Both the position numbers and the translations under genes were made by a program. A DNA stretch of 64,000 nucleotides from Patescibacteria group bacterium (GTDB lineage Bacteria; Bacillota; UBA4882; JAAYXC01): assembly GCA_050260175.1 (NCBI GenBank), contig JBLNBS010000053.1, positions 9,815 to 73,814 of the forward strand, read 5' to 3'. Shown one piece after another: positions 20,313 to 29,554 of the stretch. The stretch's first letter is position 1, and each line of letters opens with the position of its first letter. The notes below the pieces were generated by a model that was given only the letters and a program-made list of their open reading frames with translations, had not been told where the DNA came from and searched no databases.

Positions 20313-21218
20313 TTACCCCAGCAGCTTCTCCACGGCCGCGATCGCCTCTTCGTCGCGGTCCGGGAGCTTAAAGCCCGCATGCAACGACCAGGACTCGGTG
20401 TGCGAGACGGTCTCGCCCGGCTCGACGAGGTAGAGCGGGGAGAGCGTCTCCAGCTCGAGGAAGCGCTCGCAGGCGTAGACCTCCACCGAGCAGCCCCCGT
20501 CGGGGTAGACCGCCTCGTCGTCGTAAGCGAACTCCTTGAGAAAGAGGTTGCCGTGGTTGGCATAGGCGCCCCAGCCCGCCGCCACGGACATGCCGTACTT
20601 GACCGGTCCCATGCTCTCGTCCTGGCGCAGGCGCACGAGGCCCCTGCCCCAGGTGATGCGGGGATCGGACATCTCGGTATAAGGCCAGAGCGTCAGGGTA
20701 CGGTTGGGGAGGAGCCCCTCCTCGTCGCGGTGCGTGGTCTGCGGCACCAGGCTGACGCCGCCCGGGGCCATGACCGAGAGGCACCAGACCGACAGCTCCA
20801 CGGGCCAGAGTCCCTCGTTCTTGAGGTAATGCTCCACGATGACCGCGGGTTTTTCCGGGTCCATGGTGAGGACGATGCTTTTTTTGATGCCGCTGCCCGC
20901 TTCCACCCGCTGCTCGGCCCTGAGACCCGCGGCCGTCATCTCCACCGCCACCGGGTCGTTGTCAGGCTGGTAGGTGCGGGCCCTGGTCTCCGGGCTGTGC
21001 CAGAGCCTGTGCCCTCCGTAGTTGACCCACTCCGAGCCCCCGGTCCTCCCCAGGTACTCCGGGAACTCGCAGAACTCGTTCGGCCCGCCCGCAAAGCCGA
21101 GGCGGATCACCCGCGGCCCCACGTCGGCGGTGACGATCAGCTCCAGGCGGCCGTTCGCCACCCGGTAGCAGTTCTGCCACCCCCCGTATGCCACCTTTTC
21201 CACCTTTACGGACATCTC
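20313..21218 (-). CDS. Hypothetical beta-sandwich protein (mutarotase/DUF4432-like?), divergent from the GH31 gene
   Basis: Start MSVKVEKVAYGGW with GGAGGG 5 nt upstream. The tool's upstream extension is unlikely to be coding. Confidence 0.55.
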   Translation of the reverse strand, partial: EMSVKVEKVAYGGWQNCYRVANGRLELIVTADVGPRVIRLGFAGGPNEFCEFPEYLGRTGGSEWVNYGGHRLWHSPETRARTYQPDNDPVAVEMTAAGLRAEQRVEAGSGIKKSIVLTMDPEKPAVIVEHYLKNEGLWPVELSVWCLSVMAPGGVSLVPQTTHRDEEGLLPNRTLTLWPYTEMSDPRITWGRGLVRLRQDESMGPVKYGMSVAAGWGAYANHGNLFLKEFAYDDEAVYPDGGCSVEVYACERFLELETLSPLYLVEPGETVSHTESWSLHAGFKLPDRDEEAIAAVEKLLG

Positions 21219-21340
21219 TTTCCCTCCATCAGGATGCTTTTGAGATCCACCGAGGGATTCGCCACCGGCCCCGGCCTGTCCTGCAGGGACACACGGCCCG
21301 GTGTCGAAATGCTGCCCCGATGCGAAGGGGGATGAAGACC

Positions 21341-23833
21341 ATGCCCGACAGCCCAACCGGGGAAGCCGTCAGCCGCCCGGGCCGCGTGCTCTCTGTCAGC
21401 CAGCTCGGCCGCGGCTGCCTCCTCATTTCCTGTGCCAACGGCTTCATCGCCCTGCGCGCCCTGTCGCCCGAGATCGTGCGCGTCACCCTGGATCCGGAAA
21501 AGCCGCCCGGTGGTGACTCCACCCACGGGATCGCGCCGGGGGCCTGGATGCCGGCGCTTTTGGCCGTGGAAGAGACCCGGGAGGAGATCATGGCCGCCAC
21601 GAGCGCGCTGGTGGTGAGGGTGGACAGGGCCACCGCCGCGCTGGCCTTTACCGATGCCTGCGGCGCGGTCATCAGCGCCGACGATCCCGAGGGCGGCATG
21701 GCCTGGCGCGGGGGAGAGGTTAGCTGCAAAAAAAAGCTCCGGGCGGACGAGCACCTGTATGGCCTGGGCGAACGCACGGGTTTCCTTGACAAGCGGGGCA
21801 AGCGCCACACCTGCTGGAACACGGACGAGAACGTCCACACCCCCATGGTGGACGCCCTCTACCAGTCGCAGCCCTTCGTCATCGGCCTGCACGGCGGCGT
21901 TGCCTACGGCCTCTATTTCGACAACACCTGGCGGTGCGTCTTCGACCTGGGGCGGACCGCGGCTGACGACCTCGTCTACACCGCGGACGGCGGCCGGTTG
22001 GATTACTATTTCATCCTCGGTCCCGGCCTGCCCGAGGTGGTCTCGCGCTACACGCTCCTCACCGGCCGCATGGAGCTGCCACCGCTCTGGGCCCTGGGTT
22101 ACCACCAGTGCCGGTGGAGCTATTACCCGCAGGAGCGGGTCCTGGCGCTGGGCCGCGAGTTCCGGGCGCGGGGCATCCCTTGCGACGCGATCTGGCTCGA
22201 TATCGACTACATGGATTCCTACCGGGTCTTCAGTGTGGACAGGGAGCGTTTTCCGGATTTCCAGGCCATGGCCCGGGAGTTGTCGGCCATGGGGATCAGG
22301 GTCGTGGCCATCGTCGATCCCGGCGTGGTCAGGGACGAAAAAGACGGGGTCTATGCCGAAGGCGCGGAGGGAGGGCATTTCGTCAGGCGCCCGGACGGCA
22401 CGGTATACCGGGGCAAGGTCTGGCCCGGGGAGACGGTCTGGCCGGACTTTTCCCGCTCCGCCACGCGGGCCTGGTGGGCGGATAAGCAGAGGGCCCTCCT
22501 CGACCTGGGCGTGGCCGGGATCTGGAACGACATGAACGAGCCGTCCGACCTGGGGAAATACCGCAAGCCCGAGTATTGGGAAGGCCCCACGCTCGATCCG
22601 GACGCGATCTTTGAGAATGACGGCCGGCCGGCATCCCACGCGGAGCTGCACAACATATACGGCCTGCTCATGGCCGAGGCCACGCGCGCGGGCCTCCTGG
22701 CCGCGCGGCCGGACGAACGCCCGTTCATCCTCACGCGCGCCGGGTTCGCGGGCATCCAGCGCTACGCCGCGGTCTGGACCGGGGACAACCACTCCTGGTG
22801 GGAGCATCTGGAGATGGCCCTGCCCATGCTGGCCAATGCCGGGCTCTCGGGCCTCGCCTTCATCGGCACGGATATTGGGGGCTTCTCCGGGGATTGCGAC
22901 GGCGAGCTGCTGGTGCGCTGGATGCAGTTCGGCGCCCTTTCGCCCTTCTGCCGCAACCACAACTGCGGCGCCGCGGATCAAGAGCCCTGGGCCTTCGGCC
23001 CGCGCTGCGAGGAAATCTGCCGCCGGTACATCGGGCTCCGTTACCGGCTGCTGCCCTATCTCTACGGGGTTTTCCGCGCCTGCGCCGAGACGGGGCTCCC
23101 CGTCCTGCGGCCCCTCGTCCTTGCCTACCAGGAGGACGAGGCCGTCCACGCCCTGCACGACCAGTTCCTCGTGGGACCCGACCTGATGGCCGCCCCGGTC
23201 TGCCGGCCGGGCGCCCGGCACCGCATGGTCTACCTGCCCGCCGGAACCTGGTTCGATTTTTGGACCGGGGAGAAAAAAAGTGGGCCCCTCCACTTTGCAG
23301 CCGAGGCGCCGCTCGAGATCCTCCCGCTCTACGTCCGGGCCGGCGCCGTCATCCCGTTTGCCGCGGAGGCCGCGCACGCGGAGGAGATCCTGGCGCAAAA
23401 GGAATTGGAGCTTCTCATCTATCCCGGCGCGGACGGCGTCTGTGATCTCTACGAGGACGACGGCAAGAGCTTTGCATATCACCGCGGGGTGTACCGCCTG
23501 CGCAAAGTGGACATGACCTGGCGCCCCGATCTGATCCGGGTCGCGATCGCGGAGGCGGCCGGCACTTACGCCACGGCCCGCGAGCGCCTGGCCCTCGTCT
23601 TCAAGTCCCAGGCTACGCCCCCGGCCGCGGTGCTCCTGAACGGGATCGAGCTGCACAAGGAGAAGGCCGGCGCCTTTTGGCGCTACGACCCGGTGGCGGG
23701 CGAGCTTTTGGTGTCCGTGCCCGACGACGGCGCCGCCGCGGTGGTGGAGGTGGGTTTTACGCCGCCTTCTTCTCCCCGGCAGCCCCAATCTCCACGCGGT
23801 CCAGCACCTTGCGCCCCGGGCCGCAGGCCGTGA
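21341..23833 (+). CDS. Glycoside hydrolase family 31 alpha-glucosidase or alpha-xylosidase
   Basis: GIWNDMNEP catalytic-nucleophile motif, WTGDNHSWWEHL and GIPCDAIWLDIDYMD. Start MPDSPTGE (ATG 21341) with a G-rich RBS. Confidence 0.9.
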   Translation: MPDSPTGEAVSRPGRVLSVSQLGRGCLLISCANGFIALRALSPEIVRVTLDPEKPPGGDSTHGIAPGAWMPALLAVEETREEIMAATSALVVRVDRATAALAFTDACGAVISADDPEGGMAWRGGEVSCKKKLRADEHLYGLGERTGFLDKRGKRHTCWNTDENVHTPMVDALYQSQPFVIGLHGGVAYGLYFDNTWRCVFDLGRTAADDLVYTADGGRLDYYFILGPGLPEVVSRYTLLTGRMELPPLWALGYHQCRWSYYPQERVLALGREFRARGIPCDAIWLDIDYMDSYRVFSVDRERFPDFQAMARELSAMGIRVVAIVDPGVVRDEKDGVYAEGAEGGHFVRRPDGTVYRGKVWPGETVWPDFSRSATRAWWADKQRALLDLGVAGIWNDMNEPSDLGKYRKPEYWEGPTLDPDAIFENDGRPASHAELHNIYGLLMAEATRAGLLAARPDERPFILTRAGFAGIQRYAAVWTGDNHSWWEHLEMALPMLANAGLSGLAFIGTDIGGFSGDCDGELLVRWMQFGALSPFCRNHNCGAADQEPWAFGPRCEEICRRYIGLRYRLLPYLYGVFRACAETGLPVLRPLVLAYQEDEAVHALHDQFLVGPDLMAAPVCRPGARHRMVYLPAGTWFDFWTGEKKSGPLHFAAEAPLEILPLYVRAGAVIPFAAEAAHAEEILAQKELELLIYPGADGVCDLYEDDGKSFAYHRGVYRLRKVDMTWRPDLIRVAIAEAAGTYATARERLALVFKSQATPPAAVLLNGIELHKEKAGAFWRYDPVAGELLVSVPDDGAAAVVEVGFTPPSSPRQPQSPRGPAPCAPGRRP

Positions 23834-23995
23834 TCTCCACGGCGTCCCCGTCCGGGTCCAGGATGTCCTCGAGCGGCGCCCCCGCGCTGCCCGTGCAGAT
23901 CTGGTGCAGGAACCGGGCCCCTCTGGCTCCGAGGCTATTCAGCCGCTGTCTTGCTGATCCACGAGCGACGAGCGGCCAGCGACGAGCTGCGAAAT

Positions 23996-26686
23996 CTACC
24001 TCCCCACCTGCTTCCGCAGATCGGCCAGGATCTGCTGCTGGCGCCTGATGGCGTCCTGCTGCGCCCGGATGCTCTGTTCGAGCTCCTCGAGCAGGCGGAC
24101 GAGCTGATCCCGGGTCAGGCCCTCCGTGACAGCCGCCTGGCCGGGGCCAGGACCGGCCGGCGTTGCCGGCGGCGCCGCCCCGGTAAGCTGCGCCAGGGCC
24201 TCCTGCAGGTTGCTGCCGTAGGCGATACTATTCTTGTAGACGAGGACCACGAGTTTCAGCTCGGGCTGCTGGCCCTGCTCGGAGACGATGTAGACCGGCT
24301 CCACGTAGAGAAAGTCCCCGGCAAAGGGCAGGACCAGGAGATTGCCGCGGATGACCGAGGACTGCTGCTGGCCCCAGAGCGTCATGAGCTTTGAGATCTC
24401 GGGGTTCTGGGCGATCCTGCCCTCCACCTGGATGGGGCCGTAGATGATGCGGTCCTTGGGCAGGAGATAGACCAGGACCTGTCCGTAGTTCTCCCCGTCA
24501 CAACGTGCCGCCATCCAGGCGATCATGTTCTTGCGCCTGGGCGCGCTGGGCTTAAGGGGTTCCATGAGCACGAACTCGGCGTCCGCCTCGCCCGGCAGGC
24601 GCAGCATGAGGTAGTAGGGAGCGAGTTCCTCCTCCTGGCCCATGTAGGTCTCGGTGGGCACGGCCCAGGCGTCCTCTTTTTGAAAGAACGTCTTGGTGTC
24701 CCGCATGTGGTAGAGGAGGAGCATGTCGCGCTGGATGGTGAAGAGCCGCTCGGGGTAGCGCAGGTGGTCCCGGATGCTCTGCGGCATCCTGTCCCCGGGT
24801 GTGAAGAGCCTGGGGAAGACGCGCTGCCAGACCCGGATGATCGGATCTTCCCGATCGACCACGTAAAAGGTGGCCGTGCCGTCGTAGGCGTCGACCACGG
24901 CCTTGACCGAGTTCCTGACATAATTGATCCCGGTCCCCGCGTGGCGGGCCGCGTAGGGGTAGTTGGCGCTGTAGGTGTAGGCGTCGATGAGCCAATAAAG
25001 CCGTCCGTCCGCCATCACGAGGTATGGATCGGGATCGTAGTCGAGAAAGGGGGCGAGCTTGCGGACGCGGTCGGCCACGCGGCGGTAGAGCTGCACCTTG
25101 CTCTCGGGCGTGATGTATTCGGAGAGGACGAATTTGAAATCCCCAAAACGCAGGGCAAAGAGCAGACGTACCCAGAACGAGTCAAGCGGCACGCCGTCCT
25201 TGCCGGTGTAATCCGTGGTGATGTTCTGTTCCGACTCTGTGGGGTAGTCGAACTCGTGCAGGGCGTTGGGGGCGATGGTGTACTCGTTCTGGATCTCGCC
25301 GAAATAAACCTGCGGGCGGGTGACGGGGGGGAGGCCGGTGCCCGGGGCCACGCGGGGCGGGATGTCGCTGACCAGAAAGACCGGCTGCCCCTCGGGATTG
25401 ACCTCGCTGACCCCGTTCAGGACCAGCCCGTAGCCGTGCGTGTAGGCGAGATGGAGATTCTCCCAGTTCTGCGCGTTCGCCTGCAGCTGGGACGTGTCCA
25501 GTTCCCTGGCGGCGAGCATGACCTCGCGCTTTTGGCCGCCGATGACGTAGCGGTCGATGTCCATGTCGTTAAAGGTGTAATACTGGCGCAGGGCCTGCAG
25601 TTGCTCGTAGGAGAGCTGCAGGGTCCGGAAATCCCAGAGCCGCATGTTGGTGATGGTGGGACTGTCCTGGCTGAGCGCTTCGGCGGTGCGGCCGAGCGGA
25701 TAATCCCTGGTCACAAAACGGTCGAGCCCGAACGCCTTGCGCGTCATCTCGATGTGCCGGGCGAGGTACGGCTTTTCCCTGATGTACCTGTTCGGCCCCA
25801 CGACCAGGGCGTTGACCACGCCCGGGGCGATGCTCCCCAGCACAAAGGAGGAGGCCAAAAGCAGCGCGACGCCGCCCAGGAGCAGTCTGGCGCCGCGGCG
25901 GAACAGCCCCACGCCAAGGACAGCCACGCACCCCGCGGCGATCCAGGAGAGGGCGGTATAGACCGGCAGGCGGACGTGGGCCGCCGTAAAGTCCACGCCG
26001 GTCACGAGCCCCGTCTCGGCGAGGAGCAGGCCCTGCCGCGCCAGGGCGTAGTCCCAGATCTTGGCGGCAAGGAGGAGGGCCGCCAGGATGGTGAGATGGA
26101 TCTTGGCCTGCGACCGGAGGATGAAAGTCCTGCCCTGGCGCCAGAAGGCCCGGGAAGCCCAGTAAACGAAGCCCGTGCCCAGGAGGGCCATCCAGAGCAG
26201 GGTTTGCAGCAGACGGTTGAGGCTCCGCCAGATCGGGAACTGGAAGAGATAGTAACTCACGTCGCGATGCAGGATCGGGTCGGCGACGCCCATGCGGACG
26301 GGATGCAGGAACTGCTGCACCGCAGCCCAGCCCGGGTTGAGCGCCGAACCGATCAGCAGGGCGAGGAGAGCGCTGACGGCGAGATTGGCCCAGCCCCAGG
26401 GGATCCTGTCAAGTTGCAACTGGCTCCAGACGCCGCCTTGCTCCTCCGCGGGGTGCGGGCCTCTCAGTGCCCGCAGCGCCAGGCTGAAATTGAGGAAGAA
26501 GAAGGTAAAGGTTACGGCCCACGCCAGGAGCCGCAGGATCCAGCCGGTGGCGAAGGCCGTCCAGAAGACCGCGGTCAAACCCATGCTCCGGAACCAGAGC
26601 CAGTCCGTGAAGAAACTCGTCCCGGCCATCAGGAGCACGAGGACCAGCACCGCCAGTCCGACCGCGAGCCAGATTACCTTGCGCAT
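23996..26686 (-). CDS. UPF0182-family large membrane protein
   Basis: 896 aa. N-terminal multi-TM region with a TDWLWF motif, followed by a large extracytoplasmic domain. Confidence 0.8.
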   Translation of the reverse strand: MRKVIWLAVGLAVLVLVLLMAGTSFFTDWLWFRSMGLTAVFWTAFATGWILRLLAWAVTFTFFFLNFSLALRALRGPHPAEEQGGVWSQLQLDRIPWGWANLAVSALLALLIGSALNPGWAAVQQFLHPVRMGVADPILHRDVSYYLFQFPIWRSLNRLLQTLLWMALLGTGFVYWASRAFWRQGRTFILRSQAKIHLTILAALLLAAKIWDYALARQGLLLAETGLVTGVDFTAAHVRLPVYTALSWIAAGCVAVLGVGLFRRGARLLLGGVALLLASSFVLGSIAPGVVNALVVGPNRYIREKPYLARHIEMTRKAFGLDRFVTRDYPLGRTAEALSQDSPTITNMRLWDFRTLQLSYEQLQALRQYYTFNDMDIDRYVIGGQKREVMLAARELDTSQLQANAQNWENLHLAYTHGYGLVLNGVSEVNPEGQPVFLVSDIPPRVAPGTGLPPVTRPQVYFGEIQNEYTIAPNALHEFDYPTESEQNITTDYTGKDGVPLDSFWVRLLFALRFGDFKFVLSEYITPESKVQLYRRVADRVRKLAPFLDYDPDPYLVMADGRLYWLIDAYTYSANYPYAARHAGTGINYVRNSVKAVVDAYDGTATFYVVDREDPIIRVWQRVFPRLFTPGDRMPQSIRDHLRYPERLFTIQRDMLLLYHMRDTKTFFQKEDAWAVPTETYMGQEEELAPYYLMLRLPGEADAEFVLMEPLKPSAPRRKNMIAWMAARCDGENYGQVLVYLLPKDRIIYGPIQVEGRIAQNPEISKLMTLWGQQQSSVIRGNLLVLPFAGDFLYVEPVYIVSEQGQQPELKLVVLVYKNSIAYGSNLQEALAQLTGAAPPATPAGPGPGQAAVTEGLTRDQLVRLLEELEQSIRAQQDAIRRQQQILADLRKQVGR

Positions 26687-26795
26687 CCGCGCCCGCCTCC
26701 CGTCCGGGCGCCCGCCTCGGACGCGGGCACCCGTTGTATCCGCTTTTCACACCGTTTTTGGAAGAGATGACGGATGGATGTTTTGGATTCGCCTC

Positions 26796-26825
26796 TTGAC
26801 CGAACACTAGTTCGCATGATATGAT
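26796..26825 (+). promoter_or_regulatory. Canonical sigma-70 promoter: TTGACC, 18-nt spacer, TATGAT
   Basis: Located 30 nt upstream of a GAGGAGG RBS and ATG 26857. Lies in the region divergent from the UPF0182 gene. Confidence 0.55.
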
Positions 26826-26856
26826 AGCGGTAGAAAGCATGCGAGGAGGATCGGTC

Positions 26857-27009
26857 ATGCACGAACGGGAGAGACTGGACAGGCTCTATACCGCTTTTGC
26901 CGAGGCATTGCCCGCGGACAGGGCGAGGATCCTGGCCGGCGTCGCCGGCGTTCTGTTGCGGCCGGCTGCCGGCGGCGGCGCCATACCGGCACCGCGGCTC
27001 ACCTGTTGA
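26857..27009 (+). CDS. Small ORF (50 aa), hypothetical
   Basis: Strong promoter and RBS GAGGAGG 6 nt before the ATG. Its 3' end overlaps the 3' end of the convergent PP-loop gene by 11 nt. Confidence 0.4.
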   Translation: MHERERLDRLYTAFAEALPADRARILAGVAGVLLRPAAGGGAIPAPRLTC

Positions 27010-28027
27010 CCCGCCAGGGTCCGATCAGCCCGGGCGGCACGGGATGCACGCTCAAAACCTCCTTGACGGGGCGGCCGCCTGCGGCGGAGAGGATCTTGAC
27101 CCGCGCCGCGGCACCGTCCGGCAGGTCCGCGTATCGCGCGGTCAGGCCGGCCGCGGCGCGCAGGTCCTCCTCGCCGGGCGCCCCGAGGACCAGGGTCAGA
27201 GGACCAGGCACGCCCGCCGCGTGCAGGAGCCGGCGGTCCAGGGGCCTCCGGCGGAAATGCCGGGCGAGCGCCGCGTTTTCCTCTTGGTTGCGGCCCACGA
27301 TGACGGATGCCCGCGCGCTTGGGCGAAAGTGCCTTCCCAGGGCGGCCAGGGGGATATCCTCCAGGGGCACGCGCCCCAAGAGATCGAGCAGGTTGCGGTA
27401 GCGGTCCGCGTACTCGCGGTACGTCAGGAGGCAGCCGCCGGCCGGCGCGGGATAGCTGAGCCCCCTGGCGCGCGCCATGGCCTCCTGCACCGTGCGCCCC
27501 CGTCCGGCCAGGTCCAGCAGGCGTTCGCGATCCACCCAGCCGCGCTGCTCGGGAATGGTCGGCGGCAGGAGGCGGGCGGAAAGAGGGCGCAGGACTAGAC
27601 CTTTCAGTCCGGCCTCGCGGTCGGTGATGAAAAGCGCTTCCCGCCTCTGCGACATGGGCCTCTGCCCCACGACCTCGCCCGTGGCCAAGAAGGACGCGCC
27701 GACGGCCGGCATCAGCCCGGCCGCTTTTTTTAACTGGTAGATCCGGCAGTCCTGGCAGGGATTGAAGTTCTTGCCATGCCCAAACTTGGGGTGGGCCACG
27801 ATCTCCGCCAGTTCCTCGCCGGGGGTCAGGATGTGCGGGGTCACGCCAAGTTGCGCCGCGGCGGCCCGGATCTCATCCAACCCTCCGCCCTTGGCGCTCT
27901 TGATGAAAGGCAGCGCCAGGTGGACCGCCTCGACCTCCACCCCCTGCTCCTGCAGGAGGACGATGGCCAGGAGGCTGTCCAGCCCGCCAGAGAAAAGCAC
28001 GAGCGCCTTGGGCCTCTCCGCTTGCAT
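26999..28027 (-). CDS. PP-loop superfamily ATP pyrophosphatase (tRNA-thiolation, LarE, ThiI or MnmA-like)
   Basis: KALVLFSGGLDS PP-loop and a downstream CQDCR motif. Start ATG 28027. The tool's longer N-terminus would translate the intergenic repeat. Confidence 0.7.
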   Translation of the reverse strand: MQAERPKALVLFSGGLDSLLAIVLLQEQGVEVEAVHLALPFIKSAKGGGLDEIRAAAAQLGVTPHILTPGEELAEIVAHPKFGHGKNFNPCQDCRIYQLKKAAGLMPAVGASFLATGEVVGQRPMSQRREALFITDREAGLKGLVLRPLSARLLPPTIPEQRGWVDRERLLDLAGRGRTVQEAMARARGLSYPAPAGGCLLTYREYADRYRNLLDLLGRVPLEDIPLAALGRHFRPSARASVIVGRNQEENAALARHFRRRPLDRRLLHAAGVPGPLTLVLGAPGEEDLRAAAGLTARYADLPDGAAARVKILSAAGGRPVKEVLSVHPVPPGLIGPWRVNR

Positions 28028-28040
28028 GCCGGGTCTTCCT

Positions 28041-28243
28041 TCCCATCCCCCGGAGGGGGCGACTGTCGTGTTTCCAAGAAACTTCCTCGAACATCCCTGC
28101 ACGGCCCAGAGAGGACCGTTCGGGCGGTGTCTCGGGTTTACCCCCTATCCCCCGGAGGGGCAACCGTCGTGTGTTTCCAAGAGACTTGCTCGAACATCCC
28201 TTGCTCCCTCCGGGAGATAGAGGGTTTCTTCTTCGCGAGACCC
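28041..28243. repeat. Tandem intergenic repeat of about 100 bp (units at about 28041 and 28141); its tail TTGCTCCCTCCGGGAGATAGAGGG-TCTTCTTCG is also present at 15778-15824
   Basis: ATCCCCCGGAGGGG, GTCGTGT(G)TTTCCAAGA-ACTT-CTCGAACATCCC repeated twice. Contains C5-GGA-G5 and CTCCC-TCC-GGGAG mini-hairpins. Confidence 0.55.
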
Positions 28244-28267
28244 AAGTCATTCTCCCGGATACTTTAC

Positions 28268-29554
28268 TCACGGTGACGCCGGGCTATTGGCACGGGCAAA
28301 ATCCGCCATCTCCACCACCCGGCCGGTCAGGCGTGACTCCTCGGCGGCAAAGGCCATGAGGTGGCTCTGCACCGAGACGGCCGCCGAGGTCAGCGCGGCC
28401 TCGGGCCGGCCCTCCCGCAGGGCCTCGGCAAAGGCGCGCATCAGGCCTCCGTCCCCGCCCGCATGCCCGCCTGCGGCGCCGGCCAAGGGAACGGTCTCCT
28501 CCCCGCCGCCGAAAACGCGCAGGACGATCTCGCCCTTTTCCATGTGGCCCGCGATCTCGCCGGCCGTGCCCATGATCTTGATCGTGCGCGAGATCTCCCG
28601 CGTCAATCCGCACATCGTGAACGCCGCCGTCGCGCCGTTCGTGAATTCGAGCACCGCGACCTGGTGGTCCACCACGTCGTTGTCGCAGGCAAAGACGCAG
28701 CGCCCGTAAGGCCCCTCACGCAGGGCCGCGGTCCTGGCCGCAAGCGAGGTGTCCAGGCTGATGACCGAGACGGGCCAGCCCGTGTTTTCTCCGAGGTAAA
28801 TGCGGCGCGCGGAGAAGGGGCAGTCCGGCTCGGCCCGGCAGCCGTCCAAGCAGCGCGCGGCCGCGCCGGGAGGCGCGTTCTCACGCTTGAAAAAAGAGAG
28901 GGAGCCGAATGAGGCCAGGCGCGCGCAGTCGGCGCCCGCCAGCCAGAGGAGGATGTCCATGTCGTGGCAGCTCTTTGCCAGGATCATGGGATTCGACTCA
29001 TCGCGCCGGCGCCAGTTGCCCCGGACGTAGCTGTGGGCCATGTGCCAGTAGCCCACGTTCTCGTTGTGCTGGATGGAAACGACCCGCCCGATGCGCCCCT
29101 CGTCGAGGAGCTTTTTGATGGCGGCAAAAAACGGGGTGTAGCGCAGTACGTGGCAGATCATGAGCAGGCGCCCTGCACGGGCCGCCGCCCCGGCCATGGC
29201 GACACACTCCGCCGCGGTCGGCGCCATAGGTTTTTCCAAGAGCACGCCGTAGCCCTGGGCGAGGGCGGCCATGACGGGATCGTAATGCATCCTGTCCTGG
29301 GTGGCGACGATCAAGCCCTCGGCCAGCCGGGGCCGGGAGAGGAGATCCTCCCAGGAGGCAAAGGTCATTTCGGGTGGTATGCCGTGCCGGGCCGCGAACG
29401 AATCCCGCCGGTCGCGGCGCGGCTCGGCCACGGCCGTAAAGCGGAACTCCCCGGGGTGGCCGAGGACGTACTCCCCGTACGCGTCGGCGCCGCGGTTGCC
29501 CGCTCCCAGCAGGGCCAGGGTCACCGGGCCTCTTTCCGCGCCCATGGTCATCAA
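28268..29554 (-). CDS. Gfo/Idh/MocA-family NAD(P)-dependent oxidoreductase
   Basis: N-terminal Rossmann fold (LALLGAGNRGADAY) and a C-terminal alpha/beta domain. 428 aa. Confidence 0.85.
   Translation of the reverse strand: MMTMGAERGPVTLALLGAGNRGADAYGEYVLGHPGEFRFTAVAEPRRDRRDSFAARHGIPPEMTFASWEDLLSRPRLAEGLIVATQDRMHYDPVMAALAQGYGVLLEKPMAPTAAECVAMAGAAARAGRLLMICHVLRYTPFFAAIKKLLDEGRIGRVVSIQHNENVGYWHMAHSYVRGNWRRRDESNPMILAKSCHDMDILLWLAGADCARLASFGSLSFFKRENAPPGAAARCLDGCRAEPDCPFSARRIYLGENTGWPVSVISLDTSLAARTAALREGPYGRCVFACDNDVVDHQVAVLEFTNGATAAFTMCGLTREISRTIKIMGTAGEIAGHMEKGEIVLRVFGGGEETVPLAGAAGGHAGGDGGLMRAFAEALREGRPEAALTSAAVSVQSHLMAFAAEESRLTGRVVEMADFARANSPASP

Noticed and set aside
21206-23788. 860-aa minus-strand ORF spanning the entire GH31 gene
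   Set aside because: It is exactly antisense to a gene with unmistakable GH31 motifs. The protein is Arg/Gly/Pro/Asp-rich with no domain signature. Long antisense open frames are expected at about 68% GC.
24680-26770. 696-aa plus-strand ORF antisense to the UPF0182 gene
   Set aside because: Low-complexity composition dominated by G, R, P, E and D, no start context, and full overlap with a better-supported gene.
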